Origin: an uncultured delta proteobacterium
Lineage (GTDB): Bacteria; Myxococcota; Kuafuiibacteriia; Kuafuiibacteriales; Kuafuiibacteriaceae
Assembly (NCBI GenBank): GCA_963803435.1
Contig: CAWDML010000009.1
Coordinates: 480,001 to 544,000, forward strand
Length of the DNA stretch: 64,000 bases
Direction: 5' to 3'
Shown: positions 9,912 to 19,242 of the stretch, in pieces
Position numbering within the stretch: the first letter of the stretch is position 1
Layout of the letters: every line of letters starts with the position of its first letter
Notes under the pieces: generated by a model
What the model was told of the DNA's origin: nothing
Databases searched by the model: none
Seen by the model: the letters and a program-made list of their open reading frames with translations, nothing else
Program-made: the position numbers and the translations under genes

Positions 9912-10895
9912 AGAGACGATCGATCCTGATGCTCCTGGTGGGCGTGACCGCATTCGCCGGCGTGCTGGTCTACTTCGGCGTCGGCGACGTGCTCTCGGCC
10001 TTTGCGGCCGTCGGCTGGGGGATCGGTGCCCTTCGTTCTCCTTCACGCAGTTCCGCTCTCGTTCGATACCGCCGGCTGGGGCACGCTCTTCCAGCGAGAC
10101 GAGCGGCCCTCCGCGCGGATGCTGTACTGGATCCGATGGACCAGCGAGTCGGTGAACAACCTTCTCCCGGTGGCTCAGGTGGGCGGCGAGCTGCTCCGGG
10201 CGAACCTGGTCGCGCGCGCCGGGGTGCCAAAGGAGGACGCCGGCGCGACCGTGGTCGTCGACGTCACCGGGGGGCTGGTGTGCCAGATTCTCCTCTCGCT
10301 CTTCGCCCTGATCGTGCTGGTCTTCGAGCAGCAGACGGTGCGCGGGCTCTGGATCGGGTTCGCCGTGTTCGTCCTGGCGATCGGTGCGTTTCTCCTGGCG
10401 CAGCGCCGCGGGATGTTCGCGCTCGCCTTCCGGCAGGCAGCCCGCCTGCTCGGAAACCTCGAGCCCCGGGACTGGAGCGGCGGCGCGGAGCGGCTCGACG
10501 GGGCCATCGGCGGGCTCTACGGCGATCGGCGCGCGCTGCTCCTCAACATCGGGCTCCGGCTCCTCGGGCGCCTCGCCTGCGGGTTCGAGGTCTTCGTGGG
10601 CCTCCACCTCCTGGGCGCGCACGTCGGTCTCCTCGACGCTGTGGTGCTCCAGAGCCTGGTCTCGCTGGTTCGTTCGGCGGCGTTCGCCATCCCGGGCGGG
10701 CTCGGGGCTCAGGAGGGTGGCCTGGTGCTGGTCGGCGGGCTCCTCGGGATTCCGCCGGAGATCGCGCTCGCGCTCGGGCTCATGCGACGCGTGCGGGAGG
10801 TCGCGTTCGGAGTCCCCGGTTTGATCGCCTGGCCGATCCTGCTCCAGAAGACGCGGCGCGGCTCCTCCGGGCATTACTCGGAGAGCGAGACGTAA
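9908..10895 (+). CDS. hpnL: HpnL-like membrane protein (UPF0104), frameshift near 10030
   Basis: ESVNNLLPVAQVGGE and AFAIPGGLGAQEGG motifs; the N-terminus is in another frame. Confidence 0.75.
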
Positions 10896-11173
10896 CGCCC
10901 GTCGTCGTGGCAGTCATGGGGCTCCTTTTGCTCGTCGACGGTGACCTGGCAGGGGAGCCGCTCCACCATCCCGATCCCGGCGGCAGAGTCGTTGCTCGCC
11001 CACGCGAGCGCGTTCGCACACCTGTCATCGCTCGCGCTCGACGGCAACCTCATTGTCGAAGCATCTGCGGCCTCACGTCCGAGACGTGCGATCAGGGCGG
11101 CGCCGCGGCCGAGTCCTCGCCGTCCACGTGCAGCGCCATCTGCCGCTGACGACTCGGAAAACCGTGCGCGCGT

Positions 11174-11665
11174 TCAATAGCTCCCGGTGACGCGCGCTGC
11201 GAGGTAGAGACCGAGGCCGAACACGGTGTGCGTGACCAGGCTCTTGAGGCAGTTGAAGACCGGAGTCGGCGTCTTCGAGGACGCGATCCCCGCCCCCATC
11301 GCGGGCTGTAGGATGAAGAGCGGCGCCACGACCGTCGCGATACCGATGATGAGCGCGGGCGGCAGCGTAGGCGACCGCGCCCACTTCAGGCCGAAGGTCG
11401 CGAGCAAGAGGGTCGCGAAGGTGATGCCGATGGAGTAGTGCGCAGCCCAGCCGATCCACAGCTCACCACGGATCGGGGTCGCCTCGGCGATGCTCTGATG
11501 ACGCCAGCGCCCTCGCGGGAGGTGACCGATCCAGCGTCCGAGGAAGGCGAAGTTCAGCGAGGGGATGCCGAACCGCCGGAGCAGCGCCGCCCAGGCGTCC
11601 ATGGTCAACGTGGCCCCGGCGCCGATCAGGATGCTTCTCACGACGAGCTCCAACGGGTGGTTCAT
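11174..11665 (-). CDS. DUF2938-like membrane protein
   Basis: GAGATLTMDAW, GRWIGH, GWAAHY, QPAMGAG and SLVTHTVFG pattern. Confidence 0.8.
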   Translation of the reverse strand: MNHPLELVVRSILIGAGATLTMDAWAALLRRFGIPSLNFAFLGRWIGHLPRGRWRHQSIAEATPIRGELWIGWAAHYSIGITFATLLLATFGLKWARSPTLPPALIIGIATVVAPLFILQPAMGAGIASSKTPTPVFNCLKSLVTHTVFGLGLYLAARVTGSY

Positions 11666-11727
11666 ACCGTGAGGCAGCTTCCTCGTCCGGAGGCGGAAGA
11701 TCCAATCGATCTTTCGGAGGGCCACCC

Positions 11728-12991
11728 TCAGGAATCGTGAGGGGAGAGCCCGAGCCAGACCGGGAGGAGATCCTCCTCGAGCACCGCTCTCCACGAGGGC
11801 GCGGCGCGCTCGATGCTGGCGCGGGCCGCTCGCCCGGCCGCCTCGCGGGCCGTTCGGTCCAGGGCCAGCGGCTCGAGCGCCCGCGCCCAGTCAATCGGCT
11901 GCGCACCGTTCACCACGAAGCCGTCCACTCCCTCCTCGAGCACGAGCTGGCGGGAGCCGCCCTCGGCGGAGACGAACACGGGCAGACCCGAGCTCTTCGC
12001 CTCCACCACCACGTTTGGACAGAGCTCGGTCGCCGACGGCAACACGAACAGATCCGCGCTCGCGTAGAGGCGCGGCAGGTCGTCCTGCGGGAGCGGACCG
12101 AGGCACGCGCCGTCACCGAGGAGCGCCGTGACCGCGCTCTGCTGGCCGCCTCTCCCCGCGAACAGGGCGGACACGCGGATCCCGCGGCGGCGGAGCGCCC
12201 GCACCGCCTCGGCCAGCACCAGCGGGCGCTTGCTCGCGTCGACCCGGCCGACGAAGAGGAGGACCAGCTCGTCGGGCTCGATCCCGTGATCGCGGAGCAG
12301 CCAGCCTCAATCCCGCCAGCGGGGGTGAAACCGCTCGACCTCGGCGCCGCGCCGTAGCCGAGGAGATCCGCCGCTCTGGTAGCAGCGCGCCGGCCAGCGC
12401 GAGGTCTCCGTCGCTCGAGCCCAGCACGTGGTCGCAGGCCGCGAGATAGCGCTCGAGGCCGCGCTCCATGCGCCGGGCCGCACGCTCCGGGAGATGGACG
12501 CGCTCGAGCATCCGCCCGGCGGCGCGGCCCAACCGGCTCGATCCCAGCGCCGTCGCGACCGCCTCCTCGGTGAAGACGCGCGTGTACTTCGGAATGTCGG
12601 TGTGGAGCGAGCTGACGAGCGGGACCCCGCGGCGGCGATGGAACAGGAGCGCGGTCCGGGCGAAGGCGAAGAACGCGTCGGTGGTGTGGAGGAGATCGTA
12701 GTCGCCGAGCCGACGCCAGAGCCCAGGGTGAATCGGGGAGAGGTCGGTATAATCAGGGTTGCGACGCAGGAAGCGGAGCCCCGCGGTGGCGAAGAGCGGC
12801 CGGTGGGTTCGATAGCGGACGTTGTCGTCGATCGCCACGGTGCGCTCCGGGGCGCCGATGAAGTGCAGCGTGAGATCGAGGCGCCTGTCACCGGCGGCGA
12901 CCTCCGCCACGCGCAGCCAGGACTTCACGTGACCGCCGGCGTGCGGGTGGAGCTCGAGATCGATCAGCACGCCGACCCGGATCGTCTGCAT
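11728..12991 (-). CDS. GT4 glycosyltransferase, frameshifted around 12300-12360
   Basis: N-part GGHVK...SLHTDIPKY; C-part YASADLFVLPS..E..NVVVEAKSSGLP. Confidence 0.8.
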
Positions 12992-13025
12992 CCTCGATCC
13001 GAGATGAAGGAACCATGCCAGCGGC

Positions 13026-13514
13026 TCAGCGCAGGTAGTCGAGGACCACGTCGACGCGGGTCAGGTGATCGGGGCGCACTTCGAACGCATCCGAGGGAAA
13101 CGTCACCGGATCCTTGGAGCTCGACTTGCCGTTCCCGTCGTGATCGAGGAACGCCAGCACCTGGAACGGCTCGGCAGGCACGTCGGCGAGGTGGATCAGA
13201 AAGCTCGCGTCCGCCTGAGAGAGGTCGAGGACGTCCTCGACGCCGTCGTAGAGGGCCTCGTGATCGCCCGGGCCGAAGAGCCCCACGTCGCCGCCGCGGT
13301 AGACCGCCCAGTGAAGGGGACCCACCAGGCTGTCCGGGGCGTCCTCGCGGATCGACGGCTTCACGCTGAAGGCGAGCGCAAGGCAGGCGTTGCCCGGCTG
13401 CGTCGACGCGCAGGACTCGTCCCAATCGACCGCGTGCGTCTCGGGCGGCGCGCGCAGGCATCCGGCGGCGCCGAGGAGGAAGAGTGAGATCGAGATCCGA
13501 GCGCAACTGCCCAT
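13026..13514 (-). CDS. hypothetical lipoprotein
   Basis: Lipobox AAGC; FLDHDGNG Ca-binding-like loop. Confidence 0.6.
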   Translation of the reverse strand: MGSCARISISLFLLGAAGCLRAPPETHAVDWDESCASTQPGNACLALAFSVKPSIREDAPDSLVGPLHWAVYRGGDVGLFGPGDHEALYDGVEDVLDLSQADASFLIHLADVPAEPFQVLAFLDHDGNGKSSSKDPVTFPSDAFEVRPDHLTRVDVVLDYLR

Positions 13515-13664
13515 CTGAGGACTCCTTTTTCTCGGGGCAGCGCGGCGAGCATCTCCGGATCGGAGTCGAGGTCAACGCGCGATCGTTCCGGTGACTCAGA
13601 ACAGCACGGGCCGTGGTACCCTGGCCCGACGAGCGCCGCAGACAAGACGACGCCCCTGCGCAAC

Positions 13665-14288
13665 GTGCAGCTCCTGACCGCGAGGGAGCTCGCGTTGATC
13701 ATCCTCCTGGTGCTGCCGATCTTCCTGTTCGTCGGTGGCCCGGTCTGGCGCCACCCGTTCCACCTCGACGCTGCGATCCTGTCGAGCTATGCGCCGATCC
13801 CCATCCTGGTGCTGCTCTTCCTTCTCCGGCGCCGCGCGGTCTCCCTCGCCGGCTTTCTGGTCGGCACGGTCACGGCGCTCAGCATCAAGTACATGCTCAC
13901 CACCAGCATCGCCTTCGTGCTGTGGGCCGCGCTCGGTCCGCCGGAACATCCGCGCCGCGCGTCACCGGACGTCGCGTCCGCGCCGGCCCGGCACGACGTT
14001 CCCGGGTCGACCCTCGAGCCGATCGAGGTGTCGATCGACGTGAACGGCTTCGCACCCGGGGTGGTGTACGTGCATCGAGGCCAACCGGTGGTGCTCCGCT
14101 CCTCGGATCGATCGCTCCACACGGTGCGCGGAACCACGAAGGAGGGCACGATCGTGTTCAACTATCCGATCCTCCCCGACCGCGGCTCGAAGCCGATCAC
14201 GTTCACCGGCGAGAAGGGGCCCATCGAGCTCTCGTGCACCGTGCACGAGCACGAGCACTACGGGACGTTGGTGGTGCTCGACGACTGA
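13665..14288 (+). CDS. membrane protein with C-terminal cupredoxin-like domain
   Basis: Three TM helices, then LHTV...SCTVHEHEH copper-ligand pattern. Confidence 0.65.
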   Translation: MQLLTARELALIILLVLPIFLFVGGPVWRHPFHLDAAILSSYAPIPILVLLFLLRRRAVSLAGFLVGTVTALSIKYMLTTSIAFVLWAALGPPEHPRRASPDVASAPARHDVPGSTLEPIEVSIDVNGFAPGVVYVHRGQPVVLRSSDRSLHTVRGTTKEGTIVFNYPILPDRGSKPITFTGEKGPIELSCTVHEHEHYGTLVVLDD

Positions 14289-14315
14289 GCGTCCCGAGTC
14301 CGAGGAGACTCGCTC

Positions 14316-15504
14316 CTAGTCAGCCGGGTCCAAAATCTCTAGCGTGTAGATCCTTTGTGTGATCTACGTGGTTCGTGGGGGCGAACAAAGGACCTCGAAA
14401 AACGGAGATCACGCTGACTGACGACGAACAGCGCGAGCTCGAACGATTGACTCGTCGCGTGCGGTCGAATCGACAGCTGGCACTTCGCGCGAAACTGGTG
14501 CTGAGCAGTTCCACTGGCGCGACCGATGCGGCGGTGGCGCGGAACCATCACGTGTCTCACCACACCGTTCGTCTGTGGAGAAGGCGGTTTGCGGAGTGCC
14601 GTCTCGAGGGGCTGTACGACCAGCCTCGCGTCGGCGCTCCGCGAAAGATCAGTGATGATCAGGTTGAAGAGATCGTGGTGCAAACGCTGGAAACGACGCC
14701 GAAGGGCCGTACGCATTGGAGCACGCGGAAGATGGCAAAGAATGCCGGGGTGAGCGCCAGTAGCGTCGGACGGATCTGGCGGGCGCATGGCCTCAAGCCC
14801 CACGTCGTTCGCGGTTTCAAGTTGTCGAACGATCCGCAGTTCATCTCGAAGATTCGCGACGTCGTCGGTCTGTACATGAGCCCGCCCGACAACGCTGTCG
14901 TGTTCTCCTTCGACGAGAAGCCGCAGGTCCAGGCGCTGGAGCGTGCTCAACCGATCCTTCCGATGGATCTCGGGATGCCCGAGCGACAGACCCACAACTA
15001 CATCCGCCACGGAACGCTCGACCTCTTCGCCGCCCTCAACGTCGCCACGGGCAAGGTCATCGCGCAGACCAAGGCACGACACCGAGCGAAGGACTTCGTC
15101 GCATTCCTCGGGACGATCGACAACGCGGTAGAGCCGGAACTTGACGTTCACGTCATCCTCGACAACCTCGCGACGCACAAGACTCCACAGGTTAAGAGGT
15201 GGCTGCTACGCAATCCGCGCTTCCAGCTCCACTTCACACCAACCTATTCCTCATGGCTAAACCTGGTGGAACGGTTCTTCGCACTGCTGACCGAGGAAGC
15301 ACTCACTCGCGGCTCCCACACCAGCGTCCCGGTACTTCGCAAGGCGATCGTCGATTACGTCGAAGTGCACAACGAAGAAGGCAAGCCCTTCGTATGGACG
15401 AAGACGGCCGACGAGATCCTCGACAAGATCATGGATTTCGGCAGACGCACAAAGCAGGTCCACCGCGGATAAATGCGCTAGAAATCAGTGATCCAGCTGA
15501 CTAG
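14316..15504 (+). mobile_element. IS630-family insertion sequence
   Basis: Imperfect 29-bp terminal IRs: CTAGTCAGCCGGGTCCAAAATCTCTAGCG versus reverse complement CTAGTCAGCTGGATCACTGATTTCTAGCG. CTAG at both ends. Confidence 0.93.
14375..15472 (+). CDS. IS630 transposase
   Basis: HTH plus DDE: FDEKPQVQAL, YIRHGT, ILDNLATHK, SSWLNLVERFF. Confidence 0.96.
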   Translation: MGANKGPRKTEITLTDDEQRELERLTRRVRSNRQLALRAKLVLSSSTGATDAAVARNHHVSHHTVRLWRRRFAECRLEGLYDQPRVGAPRKISDDQVEEIVVQTLETTPKGRTHWSTRKMAKNAGVSASSVGRIWRAHGLKPHVVRGFKLSNDPQFISKIRDVVGLYMSPPDNAVVFSFDEKPQVQALERAQPILPMDLGMPERQTHNYIRHGTLDLFAALNVATGKVIAQTKARHRAKDFVAFLGTIDNAVEPELDVHVILDNLATHKTPQVKRWLLRNPRFQLHFTPTYSSWLNLVERFFALLTEEALTRGSHTSVPVLRKAIVDYVEVHNEEGKPFVWTKTADEILDKIMDFGRRTKQVHRG

Positions 15505-15590
15505 GAGCGTGTAGCGCGTAAGCGCTCACGCGACCCCGGTCCGGGTCCCGGTCCCGGTCCGGGTCCCGATCTGAAGATGGCTGCCTTGAG

Positions 15591-16195
15591 TCAGACGCTC
15601 GCGACGGTCGCGAGCTTCGATCGGTAGAGCTTGAGCAGGTTGTGGGTGAGGCAGACGAGCGTCCCCTCGGCTCGTACCTTGAAGAAGGAGCGTAGCGAGA
15701 ACCGGCGGAATCCTCGTGCCCCTTTGATCTCGAGAGACAGCCGCTTCTCCTCCTCGGCCATCCGCTCGTAGGTCATCGCCTTGTGCTTGCTCGCGTTCGC
15801 CTGCACCTTCGAGCCATCGAGTGCGACGTGTCCGAGCCGCACCAAACCTGCTTTCTGGCAAAGCTTCAGGACTTCGAGGAAGAGCGCTTTCAGTGCCTCC
15901 AGGTGGACCAGCCGAAACTCGTTGATCGTCGTGAAGTGGGATGACTTTCTCCAGCCAGCACCCGGAATGGAATGTCTTCGTAGGTCGCCCGCGCGATCCT
16001 CCGCGACGAATAGATGCCGGTGCAGTAGGCGTACAGAAGCAGCGCGATCATCATTCGAGGCGAGTACGGTCGCTCGCCTCGCGGGTCCTTCTCGGAGTCC
16101 AAGAACGGTATTGCTTCGCCACGAAACCATGGGATCAAGTCCAGGCGTCGAAGTCGATCCGCCCAACGATCGATTCCAGACGAAACGACCTCCAA
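15591..16195 (-). pseudogene. IS1182-family transposase remnant, frameshifted with internal deletion
   Basis: PYSPRMMIALLLYAY..GIYSSRRIA, VALDGSKVQANASKHKAMTY and GFRRFSLR...HNLLKL pieces in only ~600 bp. Confidence 0.85.
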
Positions 16196-16241
16196 GACCT
16201 TCTGCTGGTCAAAGTGGACGAGCTACCGCAAGCTAGATTGC

Positions 16242-16609
16242 ATGGTCACTTTCGATCACGAGAAGCTCGAGGTCTACCAGCTCGCCGTCGAGTATGCCGA
16301 CATCGCTGAAGAGATCGCACAAGAACTGCAACCCGGTCACGCTCACGTCCGCGATCAGCTTCGGCGGGGATCCGATTCCATCGTGAACAACACCGCCGAG
16401 GGCGCCGGAGAGTTCATCCACCTGAGAAGGCTCGCTTCTACCGGATGGCACTTCGCTCTGGCACCGAAAGCGCCGCCTCACTCCACACCTGCTCGAGGCG
16501 CCGACTCCCCAACGAGCAGCAGGTCCAAGCCGCCAGAGCCAAGCTCAAGCGCGTTGTCGAGAGGCTCACGCGCCTCATCAAGTCGATGAACGCACGCCGG
16601 GCTGCATGA
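16242..16609 (+). CDS. four-helix-bundle protein (IVS-encoded/Avd-like), frameshift near 16420
   Basis: FDHEKLEVYQLA, DQLRRGSDSIVNNTAEGAG, then EKARFYRMALRSGTESAA in a shifted frame. Confidence 0.82.
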
Positions 16610-16679
16610 TCGCCATCGGGACCGGGACCGGGACCGGGACCCGGACCGGGCTCGCGGTAGCGCTACGCGCTACACGCTC

Positions 16680-17255
16680 CTAGTACGGCACGCCCTTGCT
16701 CCGCTCCGCGCCGAGCGCTCGTGCGAACCACTCGAGCTCGTCGAGGAATCAATCCATCCGTCGGTTCATCCCCGCCGGATCTGCCGGCACGCCCTCTTCG
16801 TCGAGGCTGTGCTCGACCTTCGGCACCGGGACGATCGAAGGGATCGTCGCCAGCCCCAGCTCGGGGAGCAGCGCTCTGAGCTGCACGGAGGCTCGCACCC
16901 CGCCGAATGGGCCCGCCGAGTAGCAGACGATCCCCGCCGGCCGCCAGAACCACTCCTCGAGGAAGTGATCCAGGAGGTTGGAGAGCGCCGGCGGGATGCT
17001 GTGGTTGTACTCGCCCGTCACCACCACGAAGGCGTCCGCCCGGCCGATCGCCTCCGCCATCCGCTCGAGGTTTTCCGGGGCGTGGCCTTTCTCGAACTCC
17101 TTGTACATCTTGTCGAGGAGCGGCAGCTGCAGCTCCAGCGGATCGAACAGCGTGACCTCGTGGCCCCGCGACTCCGCCCGCGACACCACATAGCGGGCGG
17201 CCCGGATGCCCCGGCGCTCGGAGCGGACGGATCCGTAGATCACGACGAATCTCAT
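16680..17255 (-). CDS. NADPH-dependent FMN reductase with an in-frame TGA at 16749-16751
   Basis: YGSVRSERRG and EYNHSIPPALSNLLD motifs; frame continues past TGA as FLDELEWFARAL...PY to TAG at 16680. Confidence 0.85.
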
Positions 17256-17332
17256 CGGTCGGCTCTTTTCCCGCCGGGCGACCGCACGTCAAGCCTTGAG
17301 CGCGCGAGCTTCATCGCGGATGCTCCCGCCCG

Positions 17333-19237
17333 ATGCAGGCCCCGATGCTGGCGCTCATGCTCCTCGCCTCCCCCGCGTCCGGTGACGCGGTCGATCGGTT
17401 CGAGGTCAACTGGCCCGCTCGGCGCCTCTGGGTCGGCGCCAGCCAGGTCTCGGGCATCAAGATCCGCGCGCTGGGCTCGGATGGCCACATCCTCTCGGGC
17501 TATGCCGGCTCGGTCCGGATCGACGGCCTGGCCGTCACCTCGTCGCTGGCCGCCGTCGGCGGTGTGATCGAAGTGCCGCCCACCGCGGTCAGCGCCGATC
17601 GCATCGTGGTCGCGGACGGCGGGGCGAGCTCGACCATCGAGGTGCCGACGCTCCCGGGCGCGCTCACGCTCCTGCCAGCGCTGCTCGCGATCGCGCTGGC
17701 GTTGATCACGCGCGAGGTCCTGCTGAGCTTGTTCGGGGGCGTGTGGCTCGGCGCGCTCCTGATCCACCAGAGCTTCTTTCTCTCGTTCCCGCGCTCGCTC
17801 GACGTCGTCGTGGCGGTCACCGCCGATCAGGACAAGCTCAAGATCATCATCTTCACCATGCTGATGGGAGGAATGGTCGGGATCATCAGCCGAAACGGCG
17901 GCACCCGCGGCGTGGTCGACGCGATCTCGAAGTGGGCGCAGTCGCCGCGCTCCGGATCGATCGTCACCTGGCTGCTGGGGATGATCGTGTTCTTCGACGA
18001 CTACGCCAGCGCGCTGCTGATCGGCACCACGATGCGTCCGATCACCGATCGGCTGAAGATCTCCCGCGAGAAGCTCTCCTACATCGTCGACTCGACGGCC
18101 GCGCCCATCTCCTCCCTCGCGATCATCTCCACCTGGATCGGCTACGAGGTGAGCGTGCTCGGCGACTCCGTGAAGGCCGCCGGGATCGACCGCGATCCCT
18201 ACGAGATCTTCGTCAGCGGGATCCCGTCGCGCTTCTATCAGATCTACACGCTGCTCTTCGTCCTGATCGTGGCGTGGATGGGCCGCGACTTCGGCTCGAT
18301 GCTGCGCGCCGAGCAGCGCGCTCGGAAGAAGGGGCTCGTGATGCGCGAGGGCGGTGAGCCCTTGATGGACGCCGGCCTGGTCGAGGAGGTCGACGAGATG
18401 CGGGTCGCCAAGGCGCGCTGGTGGCTGGCCGCGCTGCCGCTGGTCGTCCTGGTCGGCGGCGTCCTCAGCATCCTGGTCTCGACCGGCCTCCAGGCCGCCG
18501 CCGCGGATCCGCAAGCGTATGAAGCGGCCCGCGCGCTGGGTGCGACCCGCACGCTCGGCTTCATCCTCAGCAACGCCTCCTCCTACGACGCCCTGGTCTA
18601 CGCCGGAGCGGCGAGCGCGGTCGTGGCCTTCCTCGGCTCGGTCGCCGTTCGCGCCATGACGATGAAGCAGGTGCTCGAGTCGTTCGTGCGGGGGCTCCGC
18701 GCCATGACGCTCGCGATCGTGGTCCTCTGTCTCGCCTGGTCGATCGGGAAGGTGATGTCGGACCTCTACGCCGGCGCGTTCGTGGCCGAGCTCATCGGAC
18801 CTGCGCTGCCGGGCTGGTCGCTGGGCGCGATCACGTTCGTGCTGGCGGCGCTGATCTCCTTCGCGACCGGGACCTCGTGGGGGACGATGGCGATCCTCTT
18901 CCCGATCGTGGTCCCGGTGGCCGCGCTGCACGCGGGCACGCCGGACTTCGACTCCATCCTGCTCTGCTCCACCTCCGCCGTGCTGGCGGGCGCGGTGTTC
19001 GGCGACCACTGCTCGCCGATCTCGGACACGACCGTCCTCTCCTCGATCGCCTCGGCCTCCGATCACGTCGACCACACCCGCACGCAGATCCCGTATGCGC
19101 TCACCTGCGGCGGCGCGGCGCTGCTGTTCGGCTACATCCCGCTGGGCTTGGGCGTTCCGGCGCCCCTGCTCTTGGTCCTGGGGGTCGCCGCCCTGGTGGC
19201 GTTCCTCCGCCTGGTCGGCCGCCGCCCGGAGGCGTAG
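17333..19237 (+). CDS. Na+/H+ antiporter NhaC-family protein with N-terminal soluble domain
   Basis: FFDDY, SREKLSYIVDSTAAP, FATGTSWGT and GDHCSPISDTT motifs. Confidence 0.9.
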   Translation: MQAPMLALMLLASPASGDAVDRFEVNWPARRLWVGASQVSGIKIRALGSDGHILSGYAGSVRIDGLAVTSSLAAVGGVIEVPPTAVSADRIVVADGGASSTIEVPTLPGALTLLPALLAIALALITREVLLSLFGGVWLGALLIHQSFFLSFPRSLDVVVAVTADQDKLKIIIFTMLMGGMVGIISRNGGTRGVVDAISKWAQSPRSGSIVTWLLGMIVFFDDYASALLIGTTMRPITDRLKISREKLSYIVDSTAAPISSLAIISTWIGYEVSVLGDSVKAAGIDRDPYEIFVSGIPSRFYQIYTLLFVLIVAWMGRDFGSMLRAEQRARKKGLVMREGGEPLMDAGLVEEVDEMRVAKARWWLAALPLVVLVGGVLSILVSTGLQAAAADPQAYEAARALGATRTLGFILSNASSYDALVYAGAASAVVAFLGSVAVRAMTMKQVLESFVRGLRAMTLAIVVLCLAWSIGKVMSDLYAGAFVAELIGPALPGWSLGAITFVLAALISFATGTSWGTMAILFPIVVPVAALHAGTPDFDSILLCSTSAVLAGAVFGDHCSPISDTTVLSSIASASDHVDHTRTQIPYALTCGGAALLFGYIPLGLGVPAPLLLVLGVAALVAFLRLVGRRPEA

Positions 19238-19242
19238 CGCTC

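Larger units (their letters stand above)
15501..16683. mobile_element. CTAG-bounded element with ~70-bp inverted ends (IS1182-derived)
   Basis: 15501-15570 (CTAGGAGCGTGTAGCGCGTA...CCCGGT repeats) is nearly the reverse complement of 16615-16683. Confidence 0.8.

Noticed and set aside
16242-16609. Diversity-generating retroelement suggested by the Avd-like gene
   Set aside because: No reverse transcriptase and no TR/VR pair. The 54.8/57.1 kb repeats are long, include indels and differ at all base types.
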